Below are positions 40,950-51,614 of a stretch of DNA of 64,000 bases, piece by piece. The stretch is from an uncultured Phycisphaerales bacterium (GTDB lineage Bacteria; Planctomycetota; Phycisphaerae; Tepidisphaerales; Tepidisphaeraceae), in contig CAVWVQ010000003.1 of the NCBI GenBank assembly GCA_963758525.1, positions 3,904,001 to 3,968,000 on the forward strand, given 5' to 3'. Every line of letters begins with the position of its first letter. Position 1 is the stretch's first letter. The notes under the pieces were generated by a model. It made no database searches and was not told where the DNA came from. It saw nothing but the letters and a program-made list of their open reading frames with translations. The position numbers were made by a program, and so were the translations under genes.

Positions 40950-42998
40950 CTATCCCGGCGCCGGCAGCGGCCCGCCGCCGAGGCCGGGGCGGACGTCGGG
41001 GTCGCGATCGGTTGCCCCAGGCGCGATAACGGTGCCGCGGCGGGGCTGCTCCTTTTCCAGCAGATCCGCGACGGTCGGCTTCGTCAGGATTTCGCCGCGC
41101 ATGACGCGATCGACGTCATTGGCGTCAATAATCTCGTAGTTCATCAGCGCCTTGGCGAGCGCGTCGACGCGGTCTCGATTGGTAATCAGCAGTTGACGAG
41201 TCTCTTCGTACAGGGAGTCGATCAGCTTTTTCACTTCCTCGTCGATGATCCTGGCGGTCTCTTCGGAGTATTCCCGGCCGCCGGGGCCCATCTCAAACAT
41301 GCCGGGGCGGTTGTCCTCGTCGCCGTAATAGATGAAGCCCATGCGCTCGTTCATGCCCCAGTCGCGCACCATCTTCCGGGCCAGCCCGCTGGCCTGACGG
41401 ATGTCGGCAGACGCCCCGGTGTTCACGTCGTTGCAGAACATCTCCTCGGCGATGCGTCCGCCGAAGTACGTTTTCATGGTGGCGATGCACCAGTTGCGCG
41501 AGAGGTTGTTGCGGTCCTTCTCGGGAAGGGCCATCGTCGCTCCGCCGTAATTTCCGCGGGGAATGATCGTCACCTTGTGAATCGGGTCGGCATATTTCGT
41601 GAGGTATTGCACGACGGCATGGCCCGCCTCGTGATAGGCGGTCGCAAGCTTGTCCTTCTCATCGATCACCCGGCTCCTGCGCGCCCGGCCCCAGCGGACC
41701 TTGTCGCGCGCCTCTTCCAGGTCGTCCATCTCGATGTATTCCTTGTTCGCGAGCGTCGCGCCCAAGGCTGATTCGTTGATGATCGCGGCCAGATCCGCGC
41801 CGCTAAAGCCGGGAGTGGCGCGGGCAAGGCGCATCAGATCGACATTGGGCCCGAGCTTTACCTTGCGGCTGTGGACGCGCAGGATTTCCATGCGGCCCTT
41901 GATGTCTGGGAGTGGAACATAGATCTGGCGGTCGAAGCGGCCGGGCCGGGTGAGGGCGGGGTCGAGCACGTCGACGCGGTTGGTGGCGGCGCAGACGATA
42001 ACCTGGTCGTTGGTGTCAAAGCCATCCATCTCCACGAGAATGGCATTCAGTGTCTGCTCGCGCTCATCGTGTCCGCCGGAGGAGAACCCGCTGCCGCGGC
42101 GGCGTCCGACGGCGTCAATTTCGTCGAGGAAGATGATGCAGGGGCTGTTGTCCTTGGCCTGCTTGAACAGGTCGCGGACGCGCAACGCGCCGACGCCGAC
42201 GAACATTTCGACAAAGTCCGAACCCGAAATGCTGAAGAACGGCACGTCCGCCTCGCCGGCGATGGCCTTGGCCAGAAGGGTTTTGCCGGTGCCCGGCTCT
42301 CCGACCAGCAGCACGCCGCGCGGAATACGGCCGCCGAGGCGCTGGAACTTCTTGGGGTTTTTCAGGAACTCAACGATCTCCATCACCTCTTCCTTGGCCT
42401 CTTCAATGCCGGCCACATCGTCGAAGGTGACGTTGGTGTGCTCCTTGCTGGTGATCTTGGCTTTGCTCTTGCCAAACGTACCGAGCATTCCGCCCGCGCC
42501 GGCGCTATTGCGCAGTTGCCGGAAGACAAAGAACCAGACGAATCCAAAAATCAGCAGCCATGGAATCAGCGGGGCAATCACCTGGAGCAGGAAGTTGTTC
42601 TGGTTGTCGACGTTGACCGAAGCGGTGCCGCGATGGAGGTAGACGTACTCGGTGAAGTTTTGCCAGCCGGCGGACCCGGAGGGGATCGGCGTCCGGAAGA
42701 ATGTTACGTCCTGTCCCTTGTTGGGGATTTTTTCCGGGCCGCGAAATTTGCCGGAGAGGTCGTCGGTGTCGATCGTAAGCGTTTCGACTTTGTCGTGTTC
42801 CAGGCGGGTCAGGAATTCATCGAGCGAAACCTGCACGTAGTTGCTGCGATTCCTGTTCAGCAGGATGATGAGCATGATCGCCAGCGCGACGAACAGAACC
42901 CATCCCATCAGGCCGCGCCCAAAAGGAAGTCCGCCTTTGGTAATGCCCGGGCGGCGCGGTTTCGACGGGATGGGGCGATCTGGTTTTTGCTCACTCAT
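40950..42998 (-). CDS. ftsH: ATP-dependent zinc metalloprotease FtsH
   Basis: Two TM segments, [28 protein letters not shown]. Confidence 0.98.
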   Translation of the reverse strand: MSEQKPDRPIPSKPRRPGITKGGLPFGRGLMGWVLFVALAIMLIILLNRNRSNYVQVSLDEFLTRLEHDKVETLTIDTDDLSGKFRGPEKIPNKGQDVTFFRTPIPSGSAGWQNFTEYVYLHRGTASVNVDNQNNFLLQVIAPLIPWLLIFGFVWFFVFRQLRNSAGAGGMLGTFGKSKAKITSKEHTNVTFDDVAGIEEAKEEVMEIVEFLKNPKKFQRLGGRIPRGVLLVGEPGTGKTLLAKAIAGEADVPFFSISGSDFVEMFVGVGALRVRDLFKQAKDNSPCIIFLDEIDAVGRRRGSGFSSGGHDEREQTLNAILVEMDGFDTNDQVIVCAATNRVDVLDPALTRPGRFDRQIYVPLPDIKGRMEILRVHSRKVKLGPNVDLMRLARATPGFSGADLAAIINESALGATLANKEYIEMDDLEEARDKVRWGRARRSRVIDEKDKLATAYHEAGHAVVQYLTKYADPIHKVTIIPRGNYGGATMALPEKDRNNLSRNWCIATMKTYFGGRIAEEMFCNDVNTGASADIRQASGLARKMVRDWGMNERMGFIYYGDEDNRPGMFEMGPGGREYSEETARIIDEEVKKLIDSLYEETRQLLITNRDRVDALAKALMNYEIIDANDVDRVMRGEILTKPTVADLLEKEQPRRGTVIAPGATDRDPDVRPGLGGGPLPAPG

Positions 42999-43231
42999 CG
43001 TTAATAATCCTTAGCCCCGATGCCTGCAACGGCCTGTAGGGGCGGCCACTGTTCATCAGCCGAATGATACCTGAGCTTCTGGGGCGGCGCTTGCGAACGC
43101 CCGAGAATAGCACAGTCAGCCACATCATAAGCGCGCGAGCCACCCAATTTCTAGCCGAATGACCCCTACGATCCTCACGATCGCAACAATTTTTTGGCCG
43201 CGAACGCCCCGTTGCCTGTCCGAATCCCAGC

Positions 43232-43912
43232 TCAGTGATACGTCAGCGGCGGCGGCGCGTGATCGTGGGTGTTGCCCCAATCGGCCTGCATCTCTTCGAC
43301 GATCGCCGTCGCCAGACGCTCGACGTTCAATTGCTCCGCCACGAAACGCCCTTCGCCAAGCGTCGGATAGAATGGGGCCGTTTGCGCGAAGCGCTGGCGG
43401 GTCACCAGAATTTTCCCGGTGCGCTGATCGGTCCAGGTGAAGTTGACGCTCACGTCATACACCTGCTCCTGCGGCTCGCTCGTCTGCGGGTTGTTGCTGA
43501 GAGTCTGCACGTGAACCTGCTCGATCTCCCCCTCGAGAATGGTGTCGGCCGACGCCCGCTCGACCACTTTGTATGGCGTCTGGCTCTCCACCGCGTTGAC
43601 TACCGCTTTGGAGAGCGCGAACTCGACGCCGCGCCAATACGTGCGATTGCCAAACACAGGGATCGCGATGGTCTTGACGTCGTCGCGGTAGAGCGTCTGC
43701 CAGGTGTAGCCATTGGAATTGTCCATGCTTCCGTTGTGCTGATACCCGCAACCGGACGCCGCGATGATCAGCGCTGCGAAGCATGCTAAATGAACGTGCG
43801 CAATTGCGCGCACGTGCGAGCAGTATGCTGCCCTTAGGGCAGCCGCTAAACGGTTTTTGGAAGCGCGTAATCGCGCACCTTCATTTAGGAGAGAACGCGG
43901 GAAAACACTCAC
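43232..43912 (-). CDS. lptE: LPS assembly lipoprotein LptE-like, with an in-frame 33-aa MITE insertion in the signal peptide
   Basis: Lipobox ASGC-GY, IAIPVF.N.T, ADTILEG.I. GTG start overlaps the bamD stop. Confidence 0.8.
   Translation of the reverse strand: MSVFPRSLLNEGARLRASKNRLAAALRAAYCSHVRAIAHVHLACFAALIIAASGCGYQHNGSMDNSNGYTWQTLYRDDVKTIAIPVFGNRTYWRGVEFALSKAVVNAVESQTPYKVVERASADTILEGEIEQVHVQTLSNNPQTSEPQEQVYDVSVNFTWTDQRTGKILVTRQRFAQTAPFYPTLGEGRFVAEQLNVERLATAIVEEMQADWGNTHDHAPPPLTYH
43787..43887. mobile_element. MITE (99 bp added, TA duplication at CTAG), copy 2
   Basis: Terminal inverted repeats cTAAATGAAcGTGCGC / GCGCACcTTCATTTAg; same length as, and near-identical to, 24516-24616. Confidence 0.88.
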
Positions 43913-44952
43913 GGCGTGTTCTCCGGCAAGGGATTCGTCGCGGGGAAGTAATTATCAGAATTCACCGGTGGCGGGGGGGTCGCCAGGGCGTCGGCGGGCA
44001 GCCGCGCCAGAGCCGTGCGAACGCTGCCGGCAACGGGGGCGCCGGGATACTTCTGCAGCATGTAGCGATAGACGTACGCCGCCGCTATTGGCTTGTGCGT
44101 GCGCGTATAGAAGTCGCCCGTGATGTAAAGCTTGTCTGCCAGCGTATTGTCGATCCGCTCGACGCGCTCTTTCACGTTCTCCTGAGCCGCCAGATCGGGG
44201 AACTTTTCGATCACTTCCAGAAACTGGGATCGCGCGTCGAGAAGGGGGGTTGAGTCGTAGCGCACGCCGCGGAACTGGGCGAGGGAGGAAAATGCCTCCC
44301 GCAGCTTGACGTACGAGACATCGGGGCTGCGAGGGTAGGCGCGGGCAAACGCGCCGTATGCATCCTCGGCCAGATCGAATTGTGAACTGCGGAAATAATA
44401 GTCGGCCGTGCGAAGCAGGGCGCGTTCCGCCAGCGCCGAGCCGGGCGAGCGCTCCTGAACGCGATAGAGCATCTCGATTCCCTCGTCCTCGGCCGGGAGA
44501 ATATGAAAGCCCAGAAACTTGCGGTTGTACCCGCTGAGGAAGGCATCGCCGATGTCGTATTGTTTTTGCAGCGCGGCTGCGAAGAACTGGCTTGCCGGGT
44601 ATTTGTCCATCAACTCATCGAAGTGATAGAACGCGGTGATGCGATCGTCCTGCTCGTAATAAATCTCGCCGAGCAGAAACAGCCCCCGATCGCGGTCCGC
44701 CGCCTGCGGATTTTGCTTGAGCCAAGGAGACAGCAGGTCGTGCGCCTCGGAAACCCGATGCGCGTCGAGCAATCGCTCGACCTGATCGAGCGTGGGATTT
44801 GCAATAAATTGCGGCGTCGGAGCAGTCGATATTTCGTGCCACCGCCCGTGCCCGCCGTATTCCGAAACCTGCGATGCCGGCGGCTCCGCGCCGGCGATCG
44901 CTGTCGCGCCCAGAATGAGAATGCTTGCGCGAGAGAGGCTGCTCCATGCCAT
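43909..44952 (-). CDS. bamD: Outer membrane assembly factor BamD-like TPR protein
   Basis: Signal peptide and TPR repeats (YP.S; F.RAYP.S; YDSTP; GDFY...AA..YRY..KYP). Confidence 0.8.
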   Translation of the reverse strand: MAWSSLSRASILILGATAIAGAEPPASQVSEYGGHGRWHEISTAPTPQFIANPTLDQVERLLDAHRVSEAHDLLSPWLKQNPQAADRDRGLFLLGEIYYEQDDRITAFYHFDELMDKYPASQFFAAALQKQYDIGDAFLSGYNRKFLGFHILPAEDEGIEMLYRVQERSPGSALAERALLRTADYYFRSSQFDLAEDAYGAFARAYPRSPDVSYVKLREAFSSLAQFRGVRYDSTPLLDARSQFLEVIEKFPDLAAQENVKERVERIDNTLADKLYITGDFYTRTHKPIAAAYVYRYMLQKYPGAPVAGSVRTALARLPADALATPPPPVNSDNYFPATNPLPENTP

Positions 44953-45230
44953 GCCGCCGATTCTAATGGCGCCCCACAAGCGGGGCAAATCCGCGGAAGG
45001 CACGAAGGGGAGAGGAAGGCACGAAGGCACGAAGGCACGAAGGCGCGGAGGCACGAAGGGAAGAGGGGTGGAAAGGGAAGGTTTGAGAAGGGTTGGCACC
45101 TGGAGAGGGGGTAGTAGCGTGCAGAGACGCTCGTGCATCCGGTCCGGTTCGAACTCGCCGACGGTATCGCCGTGGCTTGCCCTTCGCGGAGCGCAAGACA
45201 TCCGCCCACGCAATCCTCCCCGATTTCAGT

Positions 45231-45975
45231 TCACTCCCCCAAAATATACCCCCGCATCCGCAGCGGACGCCCCAGGGTCTGCTCAATGTGATCGGCAAGC
45301 AGACGATTCAGCGGGTCGGTCTGATGGCGTGTCACCTGCGGGAGCCTTGCGACGCGGAGCAGCGTCTGGAGGAGTCGGAGCAATCGGATGTCGAGCTTGA
45401 GACGATCGGGAAGACGCGCTTCGCAGTTTCTGCAGACAATCCCGCCGCGCGAGGCGGAGAACCAGACGGCTGTCCAGTCGTCGGCCGGCGCACCGCACGA
45501 GACGCACGCCAGAAGTTCGGGCAGATACCCGGATTCCCGGAGCAGATCGAGCGCGAACGCCAGAAAAACCTCCTCGCGCCGCGGCGTTCCCACCTGCGGC
45601 AACAGCGTCGCCAGCTTATCGAACAGTTGTGGATGCGAATCGTGCTCTTCGATGAGCCGGCCGACGAGTTCGGCGGCGTACAGCCCCAGGCGGATTCCGC
45701 GCAACGTCTTGCGCAATTCGAGATGCCCTTCGTCGAGATGCCATTCCGTGAGGGTCGAAAGCTCGCGCGGGGTCATGTGTAAAGACGGCGCTGCCCAGAT
45801 CCAGGAAGTCAACGCCGCCGTCAAATCGGCTTGCCCCCGCCTTGGTACGGCGGTGGGCGCCCTTGGCGATCGCGCGGATGATCCCGTGCTCACGGGAAAA
45901 AAGCGTGAGGATCTGCGAGGTTTCGCTGTATTCGGTCTTGAACAGGCAGATACAGCGGTCTTGGACTAGCGGCAT
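45231..45975 (-). CDS. recO: DNA repair protein RecO (frameshift near 45772)
   Basis: YSETSQI..FSRE.G...IAKG in one frame; GY.P.L..CVSCG...GG.VC..C in the next. Confidence 0.9.
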
Positions 45976-45996
45976 GACCCGTCATTTTAGCACGGG

Positions 45997-46025
45997 TTGC
46001 AGTCGCGGCGGCAGTTCTTTACTCT
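45997..46025 (+). promoter_or_regulatory. Putative sigma70 promoter of tRNA-Lys
   Basis: TTGCAG-17 nt-TACTCT, 19 nt upstream of the tRNA. Confidence 0.55.
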
Positions 46026-46044
46026 GCTGGGAACAGAGCAGTCC

Positions 46045-46117
<73 letters not shown>

Positions 46118-46140
46118 ATCAGAATTTTGATTCAGAACTG

Positions 46141-46398
46141 TTACCGGGAAATCAACCGCGCCCCGTGCGAGGCGTTGATCGGCTGACTGCCCAAGCCCGA
46201 CATGTCGCGGTGAATAGACACCTCCGCGATGCACATCGCCACCAGAAGCGCAACCATCCCGAGGCCGAAAATAGATCCGATGCACCACAGCAATAACGAC
46301 TCCCGAGAGCTCGGCGAGGTCGTCCGTGGCACATTCGCGAGCCGCTCAACCCCGCCCGCTTCGAGGTCGCATTCATCCAACGAAACAATGCTCTCCAT
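46141..46398 (-). CDS. Small hypothetical membrane protein
   Basis: GGAGAG upstream of the ATG and one hydrophobic segment; no recognisable family. Confidence 0.35.
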   Translation of the reverse strand: MESIVSLDECDLEAGGVERLANVPRTTSPSSRESLLLWCIGSIFGLGMVALLVAMCIAEVSIHRDMSGLGSQPINASHGARLISR

Positions 46399-46656
46399 CT
46401 TCGCTCTCTCCACTCCACCCGCTGCACATCGACCCTTTTCAACCTACAATCCACGTTACGATCAGGCAAACGCAAAGGTTCTTTCGATTCCAGAATTTTT
46501 GCGGCGGCGTATTAAGGTTATAACTGGCGCTGGATTAAGGAACAACGTGTCCCACGGCATCAAGAGCCCTCTGGGTAATCAAACGCCTCGAACGTCCGTT
46601 TTAGACGTGGTTTAAGGACCATCCCCCTCTCCCGGTATTCCTTCAGGAGTTCAAAA

Positions 46657-47549
46657 ATGCCGCTGACCATCAATGGACAGGCCGTCGAAGATGGGGTTGT
46701 CGAGGCGGAGTTTGCCCAAATCAAGACCTATTTCGAGCGTTTGGGCAATGTCTCCTGCTGCGAACGGGACGATGAATTTCGCGGCTACGCCCGGGAAAAC
46801 ATTATCGCGCGGGTGCTGCTCCTGCAGGAATCGGGCCGCCGGATCGGCGCGCTGCCGGCCGACGAAATCGACGCCGCAATGCACGCGCTCGAGCAGTCGC
46901 ACGGAGGGCGGGAGCAACTGCTGGCTGCGCTGGGCGCCTCGCCCGAGCAGCTCGATCTGGTGCGCAACGACGTCGCGGCGGATGTGCGGGTGAGAAAAAT
47001 GGTCGACGCGCTGTGCGATCTGGAAGGGCAGCCGGATGAGCAGTCCCTTCGCCAATATTACGCGGATCACCAGGACGCATTCATGAGTGCCGAGGAGGTG
47101 CGGGCGTCGCACATCCTCAAAACGGCTCGTCGTGCGGAGGACCGCCAGAAAGCGTTCGACGAATTGCGGAGCGTGCGTCAGCAGCTTGTCGGCGGCGCGG
47201 ACTTCGACACGCTCGCCCGCGAGCATTCAGACAAAGCCGCCGAGCACATCGATTTTGGCTACTTCAAGCGTGGAGAGCTCCCCGAAGAAGTGGAAGTAGT
47301 CGCCTTCTCAATCGCGGCGGGGGAGATCAGTCCCATTTTTCTCTCGGCCTACGGGTATCACCTGATCAAGGTCACCGGCCGCAAGCCGCCGGCGCCCGGC
47401 CGTTTGAAGAGATTCAAACCGAAGTTCTCGACCGTCTGATGACAGACCGACGCGCGGAAGTGACCCGCAAGCTCGTTGAAGAACTGAAGACATCCGCCAC
47501 GATTGAAGATCAAACTCCGCTTGCCGAAGCGCCAGTCCACGTCCATTAA
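46657..47549 (+). CDS. PpiC/parvulin-type peptidyl-prolyl isomerase (frameshift near 47397)
   Basis: AGGAG RBS; VRASHILK, F..LAREHS, G.F.RG, G.ISP..S.YGYHLIKV. The corrected frame continues RPFEEIQ... to TAA 47549. Confidence 0.85.
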
Positions 47550-47696
47550 TCGGCATGCAGCCGCTTTACAATCCAGGACAACGCGAGCGGCCGCCGGACG
47601 GTCGATGCTCACTTTTCGCTCGCAATCGGCCGTTCGCTTTACCAAAGTTTACAGAATTTTACGCTTTCGACTGTTGTGTAAATATCAAAAAACTGC

Positions 47697-48128
47697 TTGC
47701 AATTAAATAATAATGAGACATTTGCCCCCGCTGATTCGGTGCTGGAAATCAGTCTCGAACTGCTTCGCCGCATGGGCGTTCTCGCGCCCATCGGTTCGGG
47801 AGAAACTGACCCGGACGTTCACGAGGGGGACGTCAATCTCGCCCGCGGCAGACAGGAAGCAGAGCAGCGGCTGGCAAAGTCCGTCAACGACGCCCAACGG
47901 TGGCTCGATGAAATACCGCCGGACTTCCTCGCTGAAGAGATCACCCGCCGGGCGGCGAAGCGCGTCAACAGCGCAAAGCTCGAACCAACACCGCGCCGTC
48001 CCCTCGAGCGGCTGCAAACGCGAAGTAGCGTCCGAGCTGTCACTCGTCGCGTTTGGTGCACAACTGAAGGCACGAAGGCACCAAGGCACGGAGGGGAAGG
48101 CACGGAGGCACGGAGGCACGGAGGGTAG
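47697..48128 (+). CDS. Hypothetical protein; its C-terminus runs into octamer repeats
   Basis: Coding-like ORF after an AT-rich upstream region; no family recognised. Confidence 0.35.
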   Translation: MQLNNNETFAPADSVLEISLELLRRMGVLAPIGSGETDPDVHEGDVNLARGRQEAEQRLAKSVNDAQRWLDEIPPDFLAEEITRRAAKRVNSAKLEPTPRRPLERLQTRSSVRAVTRRVWCTTEGTKAPRHGGEGTEARRHGG

Positions 48129-48444
48129 GACGCTGGCGCAACGGAGGTTTGTGGGGCGATCTACTGTCGCGGGCCGCGGTTTCACTATCCTGCAAAACAC
48201 AGAAGCTCGCGGCCTCAGCCGCGTCATTCCCTTCGTGCCTACGTGCCTACGTGCCTTCCCCTTCCTTCCCCTTCGTGCCCTCCTTAAACTCCTGCCCACC
48301 TTTTTCCTTTGGGTTCGGGCCTTTGTTGGCCATTGGGCCTTGGGGCATTCAGCTTTCCTCTGACGCCAGCCGCATTTTTCGTCAGCGACGAAATTCTCTT
48401 CGGAATTCCGGAAAAAGTTCCGGGTCTCGTGCATCTATATTTGC

Positions 48445-48857
48445 ATGACGAAGCTTAAAAGGGGGTTTTCCCCCCAATCAATCTGTCGGGTCGGTCTAAA
48501 GAGGTGCTCACGCTTCTCCGTTCTGGATTAGCGGAAAAAGAGATAGCTCGAACGTTGGGGCTTTCTCTGAATACTGTCCACGCCTACGTTAAAAGAATCT
48601 ATCTGGAATACGACGTCCCGAGCCGCGCTGATCTTTTGGCGCTCTGGGCGTCAGAAGAGGTATGGGAAATGCGAGACGATCTGCCACGGGACGGCTCGCA
48701 ATCAGTCGCCGATGAGCTTGAACGCGCTACCCACCACCTCACCAGGGCGCAGATGGCAGCCCAGAACGACGACATAGCGGCGAGCTTCCAAGACGAGATA
48801 AACGCTCTCAAAACTCTGCTGCAAACGCTGGTCGAGCGCACAAGGGAGCAATCCTAA
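48445..48857 (+). CDS. LuxR-type HTH protein (the likely start ATG 48445 needs +1 nt in a homopolymer tract)
   Basis: LS.R.KEVL.LL.SG...KEIA..LGLS.NTV..Y.KRIY....V.SR. Confidence 0.75.
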
Positions 48858-49037
48858 AGATGCCTGGCCAGCAGCGATCCAATACAACACTTGTGCCGCG
48901 GACTGGGAGCGATCTGTCAACCCCAGAGCTGCGGCTGCCATATCACCTGAATAGGTGGACCTGTATAGGGGAGCGTCTCGGCACTTTGAAAAAGGCAACA
49001 AGACACGCAGAGTCTCTGCTCATAAGGAGCAACTGCG

Positions 49038-49799
49038 ATGTCCGAAACCGCACAGAAACCGACAGCGACGCTGATAGTTCATCGTTATCCGATGCTACGG
49101 CTGGGAGTCCGTTATACCCTGGAACAGGGTCAACTCTTCCGAGTCGTCGGGGAAACCGCCGACCCGGACGAAGGATTCGCCCTGATCGAATCCTCGGCGC
49201 CGGAGCTGGTGATCCTCGGGATGCAGTTTCCCAGCCGCACCGGTTTTGACGTCCTACGGGATATTAAAAAGCACTGGCCGAGCCTGCACGCGGTGGTCTA
49301 TTGCGACGTTCCGATGCCCGATTACCCGGAGCGATGCCTGCGAGCCGGGGCAAACGGGTACGTGGCGATGACCGAGCCAATTGGAAATTTTGTCCAGGCA
49401 ATCTCCAAGGTTCAGCGCGGGCAACTCTACCTGAGCGACGAGAATCCGACGGCCGTACTGTCTCGCCTGGCACGAACTGAAGGGCGTATGCCGCGATCAG
49501 CGATCGAAAGGCTCAGCGAAAGTGAATTGGGGGTACTGACGTTCATCTCCAAGGGAATGTCCAATCGAGAGATCGCGCAAGCGTTGCATCGGAGCGTGAA
49601 GACGGTCGAAACCTACCGATCCCGCATCAAACGCAAAGTCGGCGTCGGCAATGCAACGGCCCTGGCGCAATTCGCAATGATGCATTTTGATGCGAGCGGT
49701 TTGACGCGAGTGCTGGCCGGCGCGGAAGGGCGGCGGGGAAGCGACAGGGACGGCTCATCAACCAATCTTTCGCAACATTCCCTGGCTGCGAGCAGGTAA
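49038..49799 (+). CDS. NarL/LuxR-family response regulator with a degenerate receiver domain
   Basis: AAGGAG RBS; REC-like N-terminus; LS.SE..VL...KG.SNREIA..L.RS.KTVETYR HTH. Confidence 0.88.
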   Translation: MSETAQKPTATLIVHRYPMLRLGVRYTLEQGQLFRVVGETADPDEGFALIESSAPELVILGMQFPSRTGFDVLRDIKKHWPSLHAVVYCDVPMPDYPERCLRAGANGYVAMTEPIGNFVQAISKVQRGQLYLSDENPTAVLSRLARTEGRMPRSAIERLSESELGVLTFISKGMSNREIAQALHRSVKTVETYRSRIKRKVGVGNATALAQFAMMHFDASGLTRVLAGAEGRRGSDRDGSSTNLSQHSLAASR

Positions 49800-49914
49800 A
49801 AGTCCGGAGCTGCCAGCGTCAATATCCAGAAGAACGGGAACGACTAAGCAGTTTAGGCCCGCGGGCCATTTTCCGGCCGCCACAGAGATGAGCAAAAGGG
49901 GTCATCAGAATCGC

Positions 49915-50203
49915 TCATGCCGCGTCTGGTTTATTGGCGCCACGACGCATGCCGGCGAGCAACTTGTCTATGAACGCTTCACCATCAGCCAGCTCGCCGC
50001 GCCGCCTGCGCCGCGGCGTTCTTCAGCTTTTTCTTCAGCGCGGCATGGGCGGCTTCCCGGTTGCGCTCCTGCAACTCCAACAGCCGCAATCCTTCGCGCA
50101 CCACCTCGCTGGCCGTCTGGTATCGCCCGGTGGCAACCCGGCTCTCGACAAATTCCTCCAACTCTACGGTGAGCGAAACATTCAATGTATGGCGCGTCGA
50201 CAT
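49915..50203 (-). CDS. ParD-like (CopG/RHH) antitoxin (frameshift near 50000)
   Basis: NVSLT.ELE.FV...V.TGRY..ASEVVREGLRLL. The corrected frame gives RGELADGEAF..., ending at TGA 49915. Confidence 0.8.
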
Positions 50204-50364
50204 ATCCGAATTATAGAACCAAAATTGGGTGTGGCAACATGTGACAACGCCTTGCCCGGCGCCCGGCGGCGGACTCGCGACGCGATATTCGCGGGTGCGA
50301 AGCGGAAGAAGGCACGCAGGCACCAAGGCGCCCGCCGCGGCGGGTGCCTTCTCTGACCGAAGAA

Positions 50365-51315
50365 TCACTTCGACAGTGGCACAAAGCACTCTTCCGCCGG
50401 CACCGGTTTGTCGATCGCTTTCAGATCGACCAATTGCTGCACGAGCGTCTTCCACCGATCGAGGGTCATCTCTCCGACGGCGGTGCCTGCGGTTTGAATC
50501 AGAGGCTGCTGCGCGGCGGCGGCGTCGTGAAAAGTGGCGTCGTCCATGGCGGGATTTAAGGTGTGCATGAAAACGTTGGTGGCCGTGGGATCCTGCAGAT
50601 AGGCGAGCCAGCCATCGCGGCAGGCTTCGGTCATCGCGCGCACCAGATCGGGATGTGCTTTGGCATAGGCGTCGCTCGTTGCCAGCACGGTTGTGTACGG
50701 GTTGTAGCCGGCATCGGAGATGAGGAACGTCTGCGGATCACCTTTCGATTTTGCCGCGACCAGGGGCTCGGAAGTGATGAAGCATTGCTGGGAGAAGGTT
50801 GGATCCTTGAGGAAGACGGTGACGTCGCCGCCGGGGGAAGGGACGATGCGAACTTTGTCGAAGCCTAACTTGCTCTTGAGAAAATCGGAGTAGGGGAGTC
50901 CGCTCTCGATGGCCAGCGTTCCCGGGTTGGTGAAGACATCCGCCAGCGTTTTGAAGCCGCGGGCGGCATGCACCATGATTCCCTGCGGGCAGGTTTGATA
51001 GACCGCGAAGAGGGCGACGATCGGATTGCCGCGTGCTCGCGAGATGATCAACTCGTCGGCACTGACGATTCCAAAATCCGCCGTGCCCGCGCCAATCATC
51101 TGCACCGTCGGGGTGCCGACGTTCCCGGCGGTGACATTGACATCGAGGCCGTGCTTCTTGAAATCACCCTCCTGCTGCGCCGCGTAGAACCCTCCGAACT
51201 CCGGCTCGGGCTGCCAATCGAGCTGCAGGATGGTCTGTTTTTGCTTGCAACCGATCGTGGCCAGCAGCAGAGCTACGAAGATCCACGGCGCTCGCCCGCT
51301 ACGCCTGGCCGCAAT
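50365..51315 (-). CDS. ABC transporter substrate-binding lipoprotein, NMT1/THI5-like (start uncertain)
   Basis: LLLATIGC lipobox; LDWQPEPEFGGFYAA...G.F...GLDV; G.NPY. Confidence 0.85.
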   Translation of the reverse strand: MAARRSGRAPWIFVALLLATIGCKQKQTILQLDWQPEPEFGGFYAAQQEGDFKKHGLDVNVTAGNVGTPTVQMIGAGTADFGIVSADELIISRARGNPIVALFAVYQTCPQGIMVHAARGFKTLADVFTNPGTLAIESGLPYSDFLKSKLGFDKVRIVPSPGGDVTVFLKDPTFSQQCFITSEPLVAAKSKGDPQTFLISDAGYNPYTTVLATSDAYAKAHPDLVRAMTEACRDGWLAYLQDPTATNVFMHTLNPAMDDATFHDAAAAQQPLIQTAGTAVGEMTLDRWKTLVQQLVDLKAIDKPVPAEECFVPLSK

Positions 51316-51375
51316 CCAGAAAAAGCCGCCCGATGACCACCAGTGCAGCCTCGCGCTCCCCGGATGCAAAAAAGA

Positions 51376-51506
51376 GAAGAGCCGCGAAGGCGCGAAGGCG
51401 CGAAGACAGCCGCGAAGAAGAACGACGATTTGGAAGCTTCTTCCTCCGCCGCTTTCTCCCTCTTCCTTCGCTTCTGTCTTCGCGTCTTCGCGTCTTCGCG
51501 GCTCTT
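51376..51506. repeat. Inverted pair of (CGCGAAGR)n octamer repeats
   Basis: Same family as 16893-17048. Confidence 0.85.
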
Positions 51507-51614
51507 GATTTGAATGCGGTTGCGCTCGGGGTCCTCGCGTCCTTCCGGCTCCTTTGTCTTGATCTGGGGATTGATCAACAAATGCCCGCGTGGTTGGGAC
51601 GTTTGCGCGTTGAT

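Noticed and set aside
42178..42195. Fts[10 protein letters not shown] instead of GVGASRVRD as a functional variant
   Set aside because: A single-base difference in an error-prone assembly cannot be interpreted.
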